Translations under genes and position numbers: made by a program
Shown here: piece after piece, positions 45,672 to 55,161 of the stretch
Numbering within the stretch: the first letter of the stretch is position 1
Layout: the number at the start of each line of letters is the position of its first letter
Source: Candidatus Aenigmatarchaeota archaeon
Lineage (GTDB): Archaea; Aenigmatarchaeota; Aenigmatarchaeia; PWEA01
DNA: 64,000 bases
Direction of reading: 5' to 3'
NCBI GenBank assembly: GCA_046539305.1
Contig: JBKHHE010000003.1
Span: forward strand, 1,369 to 65,368
Notes under the pieces: generated by a model
What the model was told of the DNA's origin: nothing
Seen by the model: only the letters and a program-made list of their open reading frames with translations
Database searches by the model: none

Positions 45672-48600
45672 ATGCCGGAAAGGAGAAGACAGCCGATAAT
45701 ATCGGTACTGGGACACGTGGATGCAGGGAAGTGTGTGGCACCAGATACACGTATCCAGCTCGCGAACGGTTCCACGGAAAGGGCAGAAGACATCTTCAGG
45801 AAGTGGAAGAAGAGAGGAGAGTTGAAGGAAACGGAGGAAGGTGAGGTCTATGAGCTTGAGAAGGGACCGGAAACATTCGGCCTTTCGGGAAATGAAATCC
45901 AGAGATGTGAAATAACGCACCTCTGGAAGCTCCAGAAGGACAGGCTTTTTAATTTCTCTTTGAGGGATGGTTCCTCCATCAAAGCAACCCCAGAACATCC
46001 GTTCCTCATCGTTGAAGGCGGCGAATTCAAGTTTAAAGAAGCCATAGAGCTGAAGGAAGGAGATTTCGTAGCTATACCCGAGAAGGTTCCGGTTAAGGAG
46101 TTGACGATAGATGAGGTTAAGTCGGAGGTTCTGAAGAAACTGGGCGAAGATGAACATATGCTTGCCTTTCTAGAGTCTGATTTCGCAGAAGAACTCTACG
46201 AAAACGGGAAAGATATCCGGAATGAACTCCTGACGAATCATCTCTACAGCTGCAAGGAAGACCTAAGGTACAGAATTAAGGACGTAGTCAGAATATGCAA
46301 GAACTCCGAAATCTCTTTGGATAGAGCCTATGATAGGATAGAAAAAGTTAAACAGGGAACTCTGAAGTGGAGAGCTGGGAAGACCAGTAAGAAAGTATCT
46401 TTACCAAGAAATGTAGAGGAATTTAAAGAACTAGCGTATGCCACTGGTCTCCTTCTCGGAGACGGGAACGCTGAAGCCAGTAAACTTTCAAACAACTCTG
46501 AGGAGATAAGGGAGGAGTTCCGAGGAGCTCTTGAAACCTCTCTTAGCATTCACACAGAGGTAAAGTTAGAGGATCAGAGAGTTGACCGAGTAGAAATATC
46601 TTGCGGCAAAACGTTCTGGAGGTTGCTTCACTGCCTTTTCGATTATCCCCGGGAAAAGAAGTCTCACAGAATTAGGCTAAGTAAATTTACTCTCAAACTT
46701 CCTAAAGCCATCCTTTCGAATCTGATTTCTGGCTACTTCGATGCAGATGGCTACGTAAATAAGAGAGGAGAAGTAAAGGTTACTTCCGCAAGCGAGGAAA
46801 TGGTTACCTCTTTGAAAACAGCTCTCAAAAGGTTTGGAATCCATCCCAAGCTGACAGAAAAGGAAGGGTTTCATAAACTTGTAGTTTCAGGCCGGTACAG
46901 TCTTCAGAATTTCAAGGAAATCGGCTTCAGAAAAGACGATAAAAAAAGGAGGTTTAAGATAGGTCTGAAAAATGCAAGCACGAATTCCTTGACAGACCTC
47001 GTTCCTGTGACTGGTCAGGAAATAAGGAAAGCTAGGATGGAACTGGGAGCGAGCCATACAGAGATAGATGTTTCCTTTCAGAAAAAATACGAGGGATATG
47101 AAAATATTTCAAAAAGCTATCTAAAAAAATTCACTCGGGCCTGCAGAGACCTCCAGGGAAAGGATTCCTTTCGAGATAATATAAGAGAGAAGAGGACCAT
47201 ACTAGATAGTTTGAAGGATTCAGGGAAGTCCCGGGAGGAAATATACAGCCAGTCCACAATCTCCCACCCCAGGTTGATGAACCATCTAAAGTCTCTCTCC
47301 TCGGAGAATTTGATCCAAGCCAAGAGCAATCCCGGTTTCATTATCACTGATAATGGTTTAAAACAACTTGAAGATTGGGAGGAAAAACCTGAAATTATCG
47401 GAAAACTTTCTCAAGTGGCTGAATCGGATCTGAGGTTTGTCAAAGTTGAAGATATAGAAGAGGAAAACGGGGGAACTGTTTACGATTTTACTACAGAGCT
47501 GGAGACTTTCATTGCAGAAGACTTGGTGGTACATAACACGACGATACTTGACCGTATACGAGAGACTAAAGTAGCGACGGAGGAGTCCGGCGGCATAACA
47601 CAGCATATAGGAGCGACCGAAATCTCTCTTGACGTGATAAAGAACCTCTGTGGCCACCTTCTCCCCGCTGGAAAAATAAGGGTACCTGGACTTCTCTTCA
47701 TAGACACGCCCGGACATGAGGCCTTCACCACTCTGCGCAAGAGGGGCGGTTCGGTCTCCGACCTCGCGATCCTCGTGGTCGACGTAAATGAGGGGTTTGA
47801 GCCCCAGACCGATGAGTCCCTTCAGTTTCTCAAGAATTTTAGTACGCCGTTTGTGGTTGCCGCGACAAAGATAGATAGACTCAAAGGCTGGAACAGCAAC
47901 GAAGGGGCCTGTTTCTCCGAGACCTACCAGAAACAGAGGGAGAAGGTAAGGGACCGGATGGACGAGAAGATATACGAGATAATCGGGGACCTTTCCGAGA
48001 GGGGGTTCACGGCGGACCGTTTTGACAGAGTGGATGACTTTAAAAACAAGATAGGCGTTGTTCCCGTGTCAGGAGAAACGGGTGAAGGTACACCGGACCT
48101 CCTTTCCGTTCTTGTAGGCCTTTCACAGAAGTTTCTTGAGGAGGAGCTGGAGCTCAAGTCCGAAGAAGGCAGAGGTACGGTCCTTGAGGTCAAGGAGACG
48201 AAAGGCCTCGGCACTACTATAGATGTGATACTATACGAGGGAGAGATAAGGAAAAATGATAGGCTTGTAGTCGGGGGCGAGGATCCCGTGATTACAAAGG
48301 TCAAGGCCCTGCTGAAGCCAAGGGAGCTGAAAGAGCTTAGGACAGAGAGAAAGTTCGAGAGGGTCCAGGAGGTCAGGGCGGCCTCGGGTATTAAGGTGTC
48401 TGCGCCTGACCTTGAGGACGTGGTAGCTGGCTCTCCGTTACGGAGCCTGAGGCCCAGAGAAGACGTGGAAAAGGCGAAGGAGGAATTGGAGGAGGCCGCG
48501 GCGGACGTCGAGATAAAGTCGGAGGGCGAAGGTATTACCCTCAAGGCAGACACGCTGGGTAGCCTGGAAGGGTTGATAAACATGCTGGAGGACAAGGATA

Positions 48601-49211
48601 TTCCCGTAAAGAAGGCCGCAATAGGCGACGTTACTAGGAAGGACATAATGGAGGAGAGTTCAGTCGAAGATCCGCTAAAGAGGGCGATATTTGCTTTCAA
48701 TGTGGACGTCACGGAGACGGCGAGCCGCTGCGAGGAGGATGTCAAAGTCTTCAAGAGCTCCATTATATACGAGATACTGGAGGAATACGAGGAGTGGAAG
48801 GAACAGAAAAGGGAGGAGATAAGGAAGCGGAAGCTGGAAGAGGTTACTCGGCCCGGGAAGATAAAATTGCTCCCCGGCTACGTGTTCAGGCAGAGGAAGC
48901 CTGCCGTAGTAGGCTGCGAGGTGGTTGGAGGTGTGATAAAATCTGGCTACGACCTCGTGAAGGGTGGGAAGAGAGTGGGAAGGATACAGGAGATCCAGGA
49001 CGAGGGAGTAACTATAGACGAAGCGAAAACCGGCGACAAGGTCGCGGTCTCTATAAGCAAGGTTACCGTGGGTAGACAGGTGGAGGAGGGCGACGTTTTG
49101 TACAGTCTACTCTCCGACAAGGACATACGGAAGCTGGAAGAGCTACAGGAGTTTCTTTCAGAGGACGAGAAACGCGTGCTGGAAGAGGTCAAGGAGGAGA
49201 AATTTGGATGA
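45672..49211 (+). CDS. infB: Translation initiation factor aIF5B (IF-2) interrupted by an intein in the P-loop
   Basis: Extein sequence 'ISVLGHVDAGK|...|TTILDRIR', 'DTPGHEAF' and 'ATKIDR'. The extein sum is about 577 aa. The start was chosen at the ATG 8 nt after an AGGGGTG SD-like motif; the track GTG at 45654 is also possible. Confidence 0.9.
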   Translation: MPERRRQPIISVLGHVDAGKCVAPDTRIQLANGSTERAEDIFRKWKKRGELKETEEGEVYELEKGPETFGLSGNEIQRCEITHLWKLQKDRLFNFSLRDGSSIKATPEHPFLIVEGGEFKFKEAIELKEGDFVAIPEKVPVKELTIDEVKSEVLKKLGEDEHMLAFLESDFAEELYENGKDIRNELLTNHLYSCKEDLRYRIKDVVRICKNSEISLDRAYDRIEKVKQGTLKWRAGKTSKKVSLPRNVEEFKELAYATGLLLGDGNAEASKLSNNSEEIREEFRGALETSLSIHTEVKLEDQRVDRVEISCGKTFWRLLHCLFDYPREKKSHRIRLSKFTLKLPKAILSNLISGYFDADGYVNKRGEVKVTSASEEMVTSLKTALKRFGIHPKLTEKEGFHKLVVSGRYSLQNFKEIGFRKDDKKRRFKIGLKNASTNSLTDLVPVTGQEIRKARMELGASHTEIDVSFQKKYEGYENISKSYLKKFTRACRDLQGKDSFRDNIREKRTILDSLKDSGKSREEIYSQSTISHPRLMNHLKSLSSENLIQAKSNPGFIITDNGLKQLEDWEEKPEIIGKLSQVAESDLRFVKVEDIEEENGGTVYDFTTELETFIAEDLVVHNTTILDRIRETKVATEESGGITQHIGATEISLDVIKNLCGHLLPAGKIRVPGLLFIDTPGHEAFTTLRKRGGSVSDLAILVVDVNEGFEPQTDESLQFLKNFSTPFVVAATKIDRLKGWNSNEGACFSETYQKQREKVRDRMDEKIYEIIGDLSERGFTADRFDRVDDFKNKIGVVPVSGETGEGTPDLLSVLVGLSQKFLEEELELKSEEGRGTVLEVKETKGLGTTIDVILYEGEIRKNDRLVVGGEDPVITKVKALLKPRELKELRTERKFERVQEVRAASGIKVSAPDLEDVVAGSPLRSLRPREDVEKAKEELEEAAADVEIKSEGEGITLKADTLGSLEGLINMLEDKDIPVKKAAIGDVTRKDIMEESSVEDPLKRAIFAFNVDVTETASRCEEDVKVFKSSIIYEILEEYEEWKEQKREEIRKRKLEEVTRPGKIKLLPGYVFRQRKPAVVGCEVVGGVIKSGYDLVKGGKRVGRIQEIQDEGVTIDEAKTGDKVAVSISKVTVGRQVEEGDVLYSLLSDKDIRKLEELQEFLSEDEKRVLEEVKEEKFG
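45732..47537 (+). mobile_element. Intein (602 aa) with a LAGLIDADG homing-endonuclease domain, inserted between GK and T of the aIF5B P-loop
   Basis: It starts 'CVAPDTRIQL' (Cys1), has block B 'TPEHPF' and LAGLIDADG motifs 'LLLGDGN' and 'ISGYFDADGYV', and ends 'LVVHN' followed by Thr(+1). Confidence 0.85.
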
Positions 49212-49254
49212 CGTTAATTATTTAAAGGATAAGTTGTAATTATTAGGTGGTAAC

Positions 49255-49542
49255 ATGGTTGGGAAAGGCACTACTCCCATACTCAATAAGTTCATAGAAG
49301 ACCCGTCTATTAAACCCTCGGATTTGAAAAAGTCTACCCCACATTGGATAGAGGAACAAATAGAAGCTGGTTGTCCAAACCCGTCTAATCCCTTCCAAGA
49401 AAATGAATCAGAAGAGAGAGATTATTGTAGTGATATCGATAGGTATGCAGAAGACCCGAATTTAGAGGAAAAATATTTTCCCATTTTAAGAAAGATTTAT
49501 ACTTATTCTGGTCAGAAGGAAATAAACCATTTCTTAGAGTGA
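49255..49542 (+). CDS. Hypothetical protein (orphan; locally more A+T-rich by eye)
   Basis: A 95-aa ORF between aIF5B and S6e. I recognise no family, so coding status is uncertain. Confidence 0.35.
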   Translation: MVGKGTTPILNKFIEDPSIKPSDLKKSTPHWIEEQIEAGCPNPSNPFQENESEERDYCSDIDRYAEDPNLEEKYFPILRKIYTYSGQKEINHFLE

Positions 49543-49635
49543 AGGGCCATAATCTTTAAATATTTTCTTCCAGAGTTTCTCATGGCCCGGACATGTTTCC
49601 ATGTTGTTTGTGGGAACTGACCTGGGCGAGGTGAT

Positions 49636-50112
49636 TTGATGGCTTTCAAAATTTCGGTTTCTGATCCCGAGGAAGGAAAGGCTTGGCAGGTGGAAAAAGA
49701 GGCGACACCGCTCATTGGGACAGCGATTGGAGAAGAGTTCAACGGTTCTCTGATAGGTCTTGAGGACTACACGCTCAAGGTCACCGGTGGAAGCGACGAG
49801 GAAGGCTTTCCAATGAGGAGAGGAGTTCAGGGCACTGGGCGCAGAAAAGTTCTGATGAAAGGAGGCTCAGGATACAGGTCGGAGGAAGAGGGGACCAAGA
49901 AAAGGAGATCTGTCAGAGGAGAGAGCATTTCCGAGGAGATAGTCCAGGTAAATACGAAGGTTGTCGACAGAGAGAGTGACGCCGAGGAGATACCTGAGCT
50001 TCTGGGAGTGGCTTCTGAGGAACCAGAAGAAGGCGGTGAAGAGGAAGGGACAGAGGAGGAAGAGGAGGAGAGCGGCGGAGAGGAAGATCAGGAACCTGAG
50101 AAGGAAGAATAG
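49636..50112 (+). CDS. rps6e: 30S ribosomal protein S6e with an acidic C-terminal tail
   Basis: 'FKISVSDPEEGKAWQVE', 'LKVTGGSDEEGFPMRRGV'. The tail reads 'EEPEEGGEEEGTEEEEEESGGEEDQEPEKEE'. Confidence 0.9.
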   Translation: MMAFKISVSDPEEGKAWQVEKEATPLIGTAIGEEFNGSLIGLEDYTLKVTGGSDEEGFPMRRGVQGTGRRKVLMKGGSGYRSEEEGTKKRRSVRGESISEEIVQVNTKVVDRESDAEEIPELLGVASEEPEEGGEEEGTEEEEEESGGEEDQEPEKEE

Positions 50113-50125
50113 ACAAGGTGAAAGA

Positions 50126-51367
50126 ATGGCGGAAAGAGATGAAAGACTGATACCAAAGGTGAATATAGGATTGATGGGCCATGTGGACCATGGCAAGAGC
50201 ACGTTAGCCCAAGCCATATCAGGTAAATGGGCCGATACGCACTCCGAAGAAATACAGCGCGGGATAACCATAAGGCTGGGATACGCGGATGCAACCATAT
50301 ATAAATGTGATGAGTGTGACGAGCCCAACTGCTACTGTACCACGGATAAATGTCCCACCTGCTTCGGTGACACAGAGCCTCAGAGGACCATATCCCTTGT
50401 AGATGTCCCTGGACATAAGACGCTGATGGGAACAGTACTCTCTGGAGCGGCATTGATGGATGGCTGTATTTTCGTCATATCTGCTGACGAGCCCTGTCCA
50501 CAGCCCCAGACGGCTGAGCATCTCAAGACACTTGATATAGCGGGTATTGATAATATAGTTATAGCTCAAAACAAAGTGGACAAGGTATCGGACGAGAGGG
50601 CGAGGGAAAATTATGAACAGATAAAGGACTTTGTGAAGGGGACAGTGGCTGAGGATGCACCTGTAATCCCTATTTCCGCTCTGCAGAGGGTGAACGTCGA
50701 CGCGGTAATACAGGGCATCGAGGAGGAAATACCTATCCCCGAGAGAGATTCTGAAGCGAGTCCAAGAATGATGACCGCAAGGTCTTTTGATGTCAACAAA
50801 CCCGGGGCGCCCATAGAAAATCTCAGCGGAGGCGTGGTTGGGGGAAGTCTTTTGGAGGGCGAGCTAGAAGTGGGCGATGAAATCGAGATAGAGCCAGGCG
50901 TGAGGAGGGATGGGACTATGCAGCCGGTGACGACAAAGGTTCTTGGTTTGGAAAAGGTGGGCAAGAGTTTGGAAAAAGCGGGTCCCGGTGGACTTCTCGG
51001 TGTACAGACCGAACTGGATCCTGCCCTGACAAAGAGCGATAATTTGGCCGGGAGTGTAGCAGGCTACCCGGGCGAGCTGCCCCCGATGCTTGAGGAAACT
51101 ACTCTTGAAATCCACACATTTGATAAGGTCGCGGGAATTAAAGGTGAAAGAAAAGTTGAAGATATAAAGACCAACGAACCTCTTATGCTCACCGCTGGGA
51201 CTGCGAAGACCGCAGGTGTAGTGACTTCAGCCAGAGAGGTAGATGGTAAAATGGAGGCTGAAGTCAAACTCAAACTTCCAATCTGTTCCAGTTCAGGGGA
51301 CAGAGTCGCCATCTCCAGACAGATAGAAAACAAATGGCGCCTCATAGGTTATGGCTTGATTCAGTGA
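50126..51367 (+). CDS. eif2g: Translation initiation factor 2 subunit gamma (aIF2-gamma)
   Basis: The start was chosen at 'MAERDERLIPKVNIGLMGHVDHGKSTL'. A zinc knuckle 'CDECDEP..C..C' is present, with 'DVPGH' and 'QNKVD'. The upstream part of track ORF 49961-51367 overlaps S6e. Confidence 0.9.
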   Translation: MAERDERLIPKVNIGLMGHVDHGKSTLAQAISGKWADTHSEEIQRGITIRLGYADATIYKCDECDEPNCYCTTDKCPTCFGDTEPQRTISLVDVPGHKTLMGTVLSGAALMDGCIFVISADEPCPQPQTAEHLKTLDIAGIDNIVIAQNKVDKVSDERARENYEQIKDFVKGTVAEDAPVIPISALQRVNVDAVIQGIEEEIPIPERDSEASPRMMTARSFDVNKPGAPIENLSGGVVGGSLLEGELEVGDEIEIEPGVRRDGTMQPVTTKVLGLEKVGKSLEKAGPGGLLGVQTELDPALTKSDNLAGSVAGYPGELPPMLEETTLEIHTFDKVAGIKGERKVEDIKTNEPLMLTAGTAKTAGVVTSAREVDGKMEAEVKLKLPICSSSGDRVAISRQIENKWRLIGYGLIQ

Positions 51368-51445
51368 TTTGTACGTCATTTGTTCTACACATGTTAATAT
51401 TATTGTCGAAAATTTTTTAAGCTTCGAAAACATAGGTGGAACCGT

Positions 51446-52675
51446 ATGGATGAAAGAGTCGCAGTAATAGGTGTTGGGCATACCGAGTTTGGAGAGCTCT
51501 GGGACCGGTCCTGGGTGGAGTTGGTGGAAGAGGCTGGCCTCAAGGCACTGGAAGACGCGCGGATAAGGAAGAAGCAAATTCAGAAGTTTTTCCTGGGGAA
51601 CATGTCCCTCGGAATGTTCGGAGGGCAGGAACATACAGCTTCCAAGGTTTTTTCCGAGATTTTTAATAGCGGTCCCGAGTCGGAGATCCTGGGGAGAAGA
51701 ATAGAAGGAGCTTGTTCCTCGGGAGGTCTGGCGCTTGAGGCTTCTTATAATGATGTGCTTGCGGGAATACAGGAAGGGGAAGACAGGATAATAATGGTTG
51801 GTGGATTTGAAAAGATGACCGACAAACCAACGGAGAAGGCGACAAAAATTCTTAGCGCCGCCTCCGACATGGGAAAGGAAATAGGTTTTACCTTCCCGTC
51901 GCTCTATGGTATGCTAAAAGACAGATACCTGGAGGAAACGGACGCAAAAGAACAGGATTTCGACTACATAGCCGTCAAGAGCCATAAAAATGCCTCTTTG
52001 AATCCCAAGGCACAGTATCCTTTTGAGGTCTCTCAGGAGCAGGTAGAGGATTCCTTCAAGGTCGCGAGTCCCACCAAACTCCTCAACTCCTCGGGTATAG
52101 CGGATGGCGCTGCCTCGGTTATAATAACTACAGAGAGCAAGGCGAAGGAGCTTGGATCCGACTACGTTATACTGGAAGGAGTTGAAGGTGCTAACGATTC
52201 AATAGCCCTCTTTGAGAGGGAAGAGATCTTGAGTCTCGTGTCGACTCAGAAGGCCGCGAAGCGGGTTTACGAGGCCACAGGAATCCAGCCTGAGGACGTG
52301 GATGTGGCGGAGGTGCACGACTGTTTTTCTATAGCAGAAGCCCTCGCGCTTGAGGATTTAGGTTTCTCTCCCAAGAAAGAGGCTTGGAAATGGATAAGGA
52401 AAAGCCTTTCTGACTGTGAGGAAAAGGAAGCTCCGATTCCCTACACACTCCCGAAAAATGAAAGTCTGTTCGTCAATACCTCCGGTGGGCTTAAGGCCAA
52501 GGGCCATCCTGTTGGGGCGACGGGAGTAGCACAGGTCGTTGAAGTGGTAAAACAGCTTAGGGGTGAAGCGGATGAAAGGCAAGTGCCGGATGCGGAGGTA
52601 GGATTAACCCATAACGTCGGGGGAAGCGGAGGAACCGCTGTTGTAAGTCTATTCAAAAAACCCAAGATAACATGA
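51446..52675 (+). CDS. Acetyl-CoA acetyltransferase (archaeal SCP2-type thiolase)
   Basis: 'VAVIGVGHTEFG', catalytic Cys region 'EGACSSGGLAL', and C-terminal 'GHPVGATG' and 'NVGGSGG'. Confidence 0.85.
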   Translation: MDERVAVIGVGHTEFGELWDRSWVELVEEAGLKALEDARIRKKQIQKFFLGNMSLGMFGGQEHTASKVFSEIFNSGPESEILGRRIEGACSSGGLALEASYNDVLAGIQEGEDRIIMVGGFEKMTDKPTEKATKILSAASDMGKEIGFTFPSLYGMLKDRYLEETDAKEQDFDYIAVKSHKNASLNPKAQYPFEVSQEQVEDSFKVASPTKLLNSSGIADGAASVIITTESKAKELGSDYVILEGVEGANDSIALFEREEILSLVSTQKAAKRVYEATGIQPEDVDVAEVHDCFSIAEALALEDLGFSPKKEAWKWIRKSLSDCEEKEAPIPYTLPKNESLFVNTSGGLKAKGHPVGATGVAQVVEVVKQLRGEADERQVPDAEVGLTHNVGGSGGTAVVSLFKKPKIT

Positions 52676-54138
52676 AATGGACAGGTCCCGAATACAGGAG
52701 AACTCTAGATCTGAGGTATCTGAGGGGGAAAAAGTGTGAAAGATGTGGAAAAATATACCTTTCCTCAAGAAATTTCTGCAGTGATTGTGGAAGAGAGGGC
52801 AACCTTTCAAAGGTAAACCTTCCAAAAAGGGGCGAGGTTTACTCCTCCTCACTTATCAGGAAATCCACGAGCGACTTTGGACTGGACTCGAAAATACCTT
52901 ACGCCGTTGGTCTGATGGATCTTGAAGGTGTGGATTTCAAAGCTCCCGGTATAATTGAGTCCGAAGAAAGAATTACAGGTGAAAAAGTAGAGGCGGAGAT
53001 TGGTCTTTTGGGAGAATCAAATGAGATAAAGTTCTACACCTACATCTGGAGAAAGCCCCATGAATACCACGAACCAGAGCCTTCTTCTGGAACCTGTAGC
53101 ACGGAAAAGGGTGTAGGGATAGTTGATTACGGTGTGTACGTTCCGAGGAAAAGGATAAGTTCGGAAAAGATAGCAGAGGTTTGGGGAGAGGAGATGGAGG
53201 GTCTGGTCAAGAGCTTTCCAGGCAAGTGGGATGATGCCGGGGCGTACGCCATGAACTCTGCTCTGAACTCCCTTAAAAATAACGAGGTTGACCCTGCGGA
53301 TATAGACAAGATAATGGTCGGGTCGGAATCACATCCTTACGCGGTTAACCCTACCTCCTCCATAGTCGCGGAGTTGATAGGTGCCGATAAACAGTGTGTG
53401 GATTTTGAATTCGCATGTAAGGCGGGAACACAGGCAATTATTGAGGCGTACGACTCTATCAAAGCCGGAATGTCGGACTATGCGCTGGCCATAGGCATGG
53501 ACTCGGCCCAGGCCGAGCCCGGAGGTGCGCTTGAGTACACAGCTGGTGATGGAGGAGCGTGTCTGCTTATGGGCTCCGAAAAACCTATAGTGGTTATAAA
53601 TGCCTATGAGTCCTTTTCGACGGATACACCGGACTTCTTGAGAGGGGAAGCAAGGGAGTTCCCCGTTCACTTTGGAAGGTTTACAGGGGAACCTGCCTAC
53701 TTCAAGCATATAGAGACCGCCGCGAATAGACTTATGGAGGCACGGAGTACTCAACCAGAGGACTACGACTACGCCGTCTTCCACCAGCCTAACAGCAAGT
53801 TTCCTCGTAAAGTTGGCAAACGTCTTGGCTTCGAGGAGGATCAGATTGAGCCTGCTATAGTTGTTGATTGGATAGGAAATACTTATTCGGCCTGTGTCCC
53901 ACTTGGGCTCTGTAGGGTCTTGGACCAGGCTTCACCCGGCGAAAGAATATTTGTAACTTCATATGGATCCGGGGCAGGTTCGGACGCCTTTGATATGACG
54001 GTTACTGAGAGAATAAAGGAAAAGCAGAAACAGAAAAGGAGGAGCATAGACTCTTGGATAGGGAAGGAGGATGAAGAACTACTTGAGTTTGAGTCTTACG
54101 GTAAGTACGCAAAGAACAAAGGCCTTTTAAGAGGCTAG
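52672..54138 (+). CDS. DUF35 (zinc-ribbon + OB-fold) fused N-terminally to HMG-CoA synthase
   Basis: The N-terminal ~140 aa carry 'CERCGKIYLSSRNFCSDCG' plus an OB-like segment. These are followed by 'VGIVDYGVYVPRKRISSEKIAEVWG...' and the catalytic 'EFACKAGTQA' of archaeal HMGCS. It has an ATGA overlap with the thiolase gene. Confidence 0.85.
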   Translation: MKWTGPEYRRTLDLRYLRGKKCERCGKIYLSSRNFCSDCGREGNLSKVNLPKRGEVYSSSLIRKSTSDFGLDSKIPYAVGLMDLEGVDFKAPGIIESEERITGEKVEAEIGLLGESNEIKFYTYIWRKPHEYHEPEPSSGTCSTEKGVGIVDYGVYVPRKRISSEKIAEVWGEEMEGLVKSFPGKWDDAGAYAMNSALNSLKNNEVDPADIDKIMVGSESHPYAVNPTSSIVAELIGADKQCVDFEFACKAGTQAIIEAYDSIKAGMSDYALAIGMDSAQAEPGGALEYTAGDGGACLLMGSEKPIVVINAYESFSTDTPDFLRGEAREFPVHFGRFTGEPAYFKHIETAANRLMEARSTQPEDYDYAVFHQPNSKFPRKVGKRLGFEEDQIEPAIVVDWIGNTYSACVPLGLCRVLDQASPGERIFVTSYGSGAGSDAFDMTVTERIKEKQKQKRRSIDSWIGKEDEELLEFESYGKYAKNKGLLRG

Positions 54139-54785
54139 GAAACCAGTCCCTTCTCCCTCAGTTTTTCCATTATCTTATCCACCATCTCCTCTACAGGCGG
54201 TGAGACGCGCTTACATTCTAGGACCACAAAAGGTAGCTCTCCTTCGAAATAATCTAGAACGGGTTCAGACTTCTTCTCGTAGGTTTCTATTCTATCTTTT
54301 ATTACTTCAGGTTTATCGTCATCTCTCTGATACAGCTCCCCACCACATTTATCACATACACCTTGCTTTTCGGGCTTCAAGAAAAGCTTGTTGTACACTT
54401 CGCCACAGTTCTTGCACACCCTTCTTGAGGAAAGCCTTTCGATTAGTATTTCGTCCTCTACATCCAGAGATATGAGCACATCCAGGTTGGTAATTCCGTC
54501 CAGGAATTTCGCCTGTTCGACCGTCCTCGGGTAACCGTCAAGTATGAAGTTGTTCATGCCTATTTCTTCTAGCTTCCGTTTCACAACATCGTTAATAATT
54601 TCATCAGGGACCAGCTTTCCTTTGTTGACGTATTCACCAATCCTTTCGCCAAGCTCGTTGTTTTTCTCCATCATTTCTCGCACTATATCACCGGTCTCTA
54701 TATGCTCCACGTCTATTCTTTCTTCAATTCTTGAGGAATATGTTCCTTTGCCGGACCCAGGCGGCCCAAATATAAGAAGCCTCAT
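54135..54785 (-). CDS. adk: Adenylate kinase (bacterial-type, zinc-lid)
   Basis: 'MRLLIFGPPGSGKGT'. The lid is 'CKNCGEVYN...CDKCGGEL'. Confidence 0.9.
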   Translation of the reverse strand: MRLLIFGPPGSGKGTYSSRIEERIDVEHIETGDIVREMMEKNNELGERIGEYVNKGKLVPDEIINDVVKRKLEEIGMNNFILDGYPRTVEQAKFLDGITNLDVLISLDVEDEILIERLSSRRVCKNCGEVYNKLFLKPEKQGVCDKCGGELYQRDDDKPEVIKDRIETYEKKSEPVLDYFEGELPFVVLECKRVSPPVEEMVDKIMEKLREKGLVS

Positions 54786-54788
54786 GTC

Positions 54789-54944
54789 CTATTGCACCCA
54801 GTTCGTATTCCTTGACTCCCTGCCAAGCTTCAGGTGGTTTTTCTCGCACTTTGAGGAACAGTAGAAGAAGCTTTCACCCGTCTTCTTTACAAAAATCTTA
54901 CCTTCTCCCTTCTCGATTTTTTTACCACAGAAACTACATTCCAT
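54789..54944 (-). CDS. rpl24e: 50S ribosomal protein L24e (not in the ORF track; 51 aa)
   Basis: My translation is MECSFCGKKIEKGEGKIFVKKTGESFFYCSSKCEKNHLKLGRESRNTNWVQ. It sits in the conserved position after S28e. Confidence 0.85.
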   Translation of the reverse strand: MECSFCGKKIEKGEGKIFVKKTGESFFYCSSKCEKNHLKLGRESRNTNWVQ

Positions 54945-54948
54945 CCTA

Positions 54949-55155
54949 TCACTTCTGTATTTTACCCCCTGACTCCATTTCCGTCTCTCTCAGCATAAGG
55001 ACATCACCTTTTTTTACGGGTCCCATGACGTTTCTGACCAGAACTTTACCTTCGTCCCTTCCTTCAAGAACTTTACATCTGACTCTGGTCACATCTCCAA
55101 CTCCACTTCTTCCCAGGATCTGGACTACCTTTCCAGGGACCGCTTCTTCAGTCAT
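54949..55155 (-). CDS. rps28e: 30S ribosomal protein S28e
   Basis: '[50 protein letters not shown]'. Confidence 0.9.
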   Translation of the reverse strand: MTEEAVPGKVVQILGRSGVGDVTRVRCKVLEGRDEGKVLVRNVMGPVKKGDVLMLRETEMESGGKIQK

Positions 55156-55161
55156 GCCATA

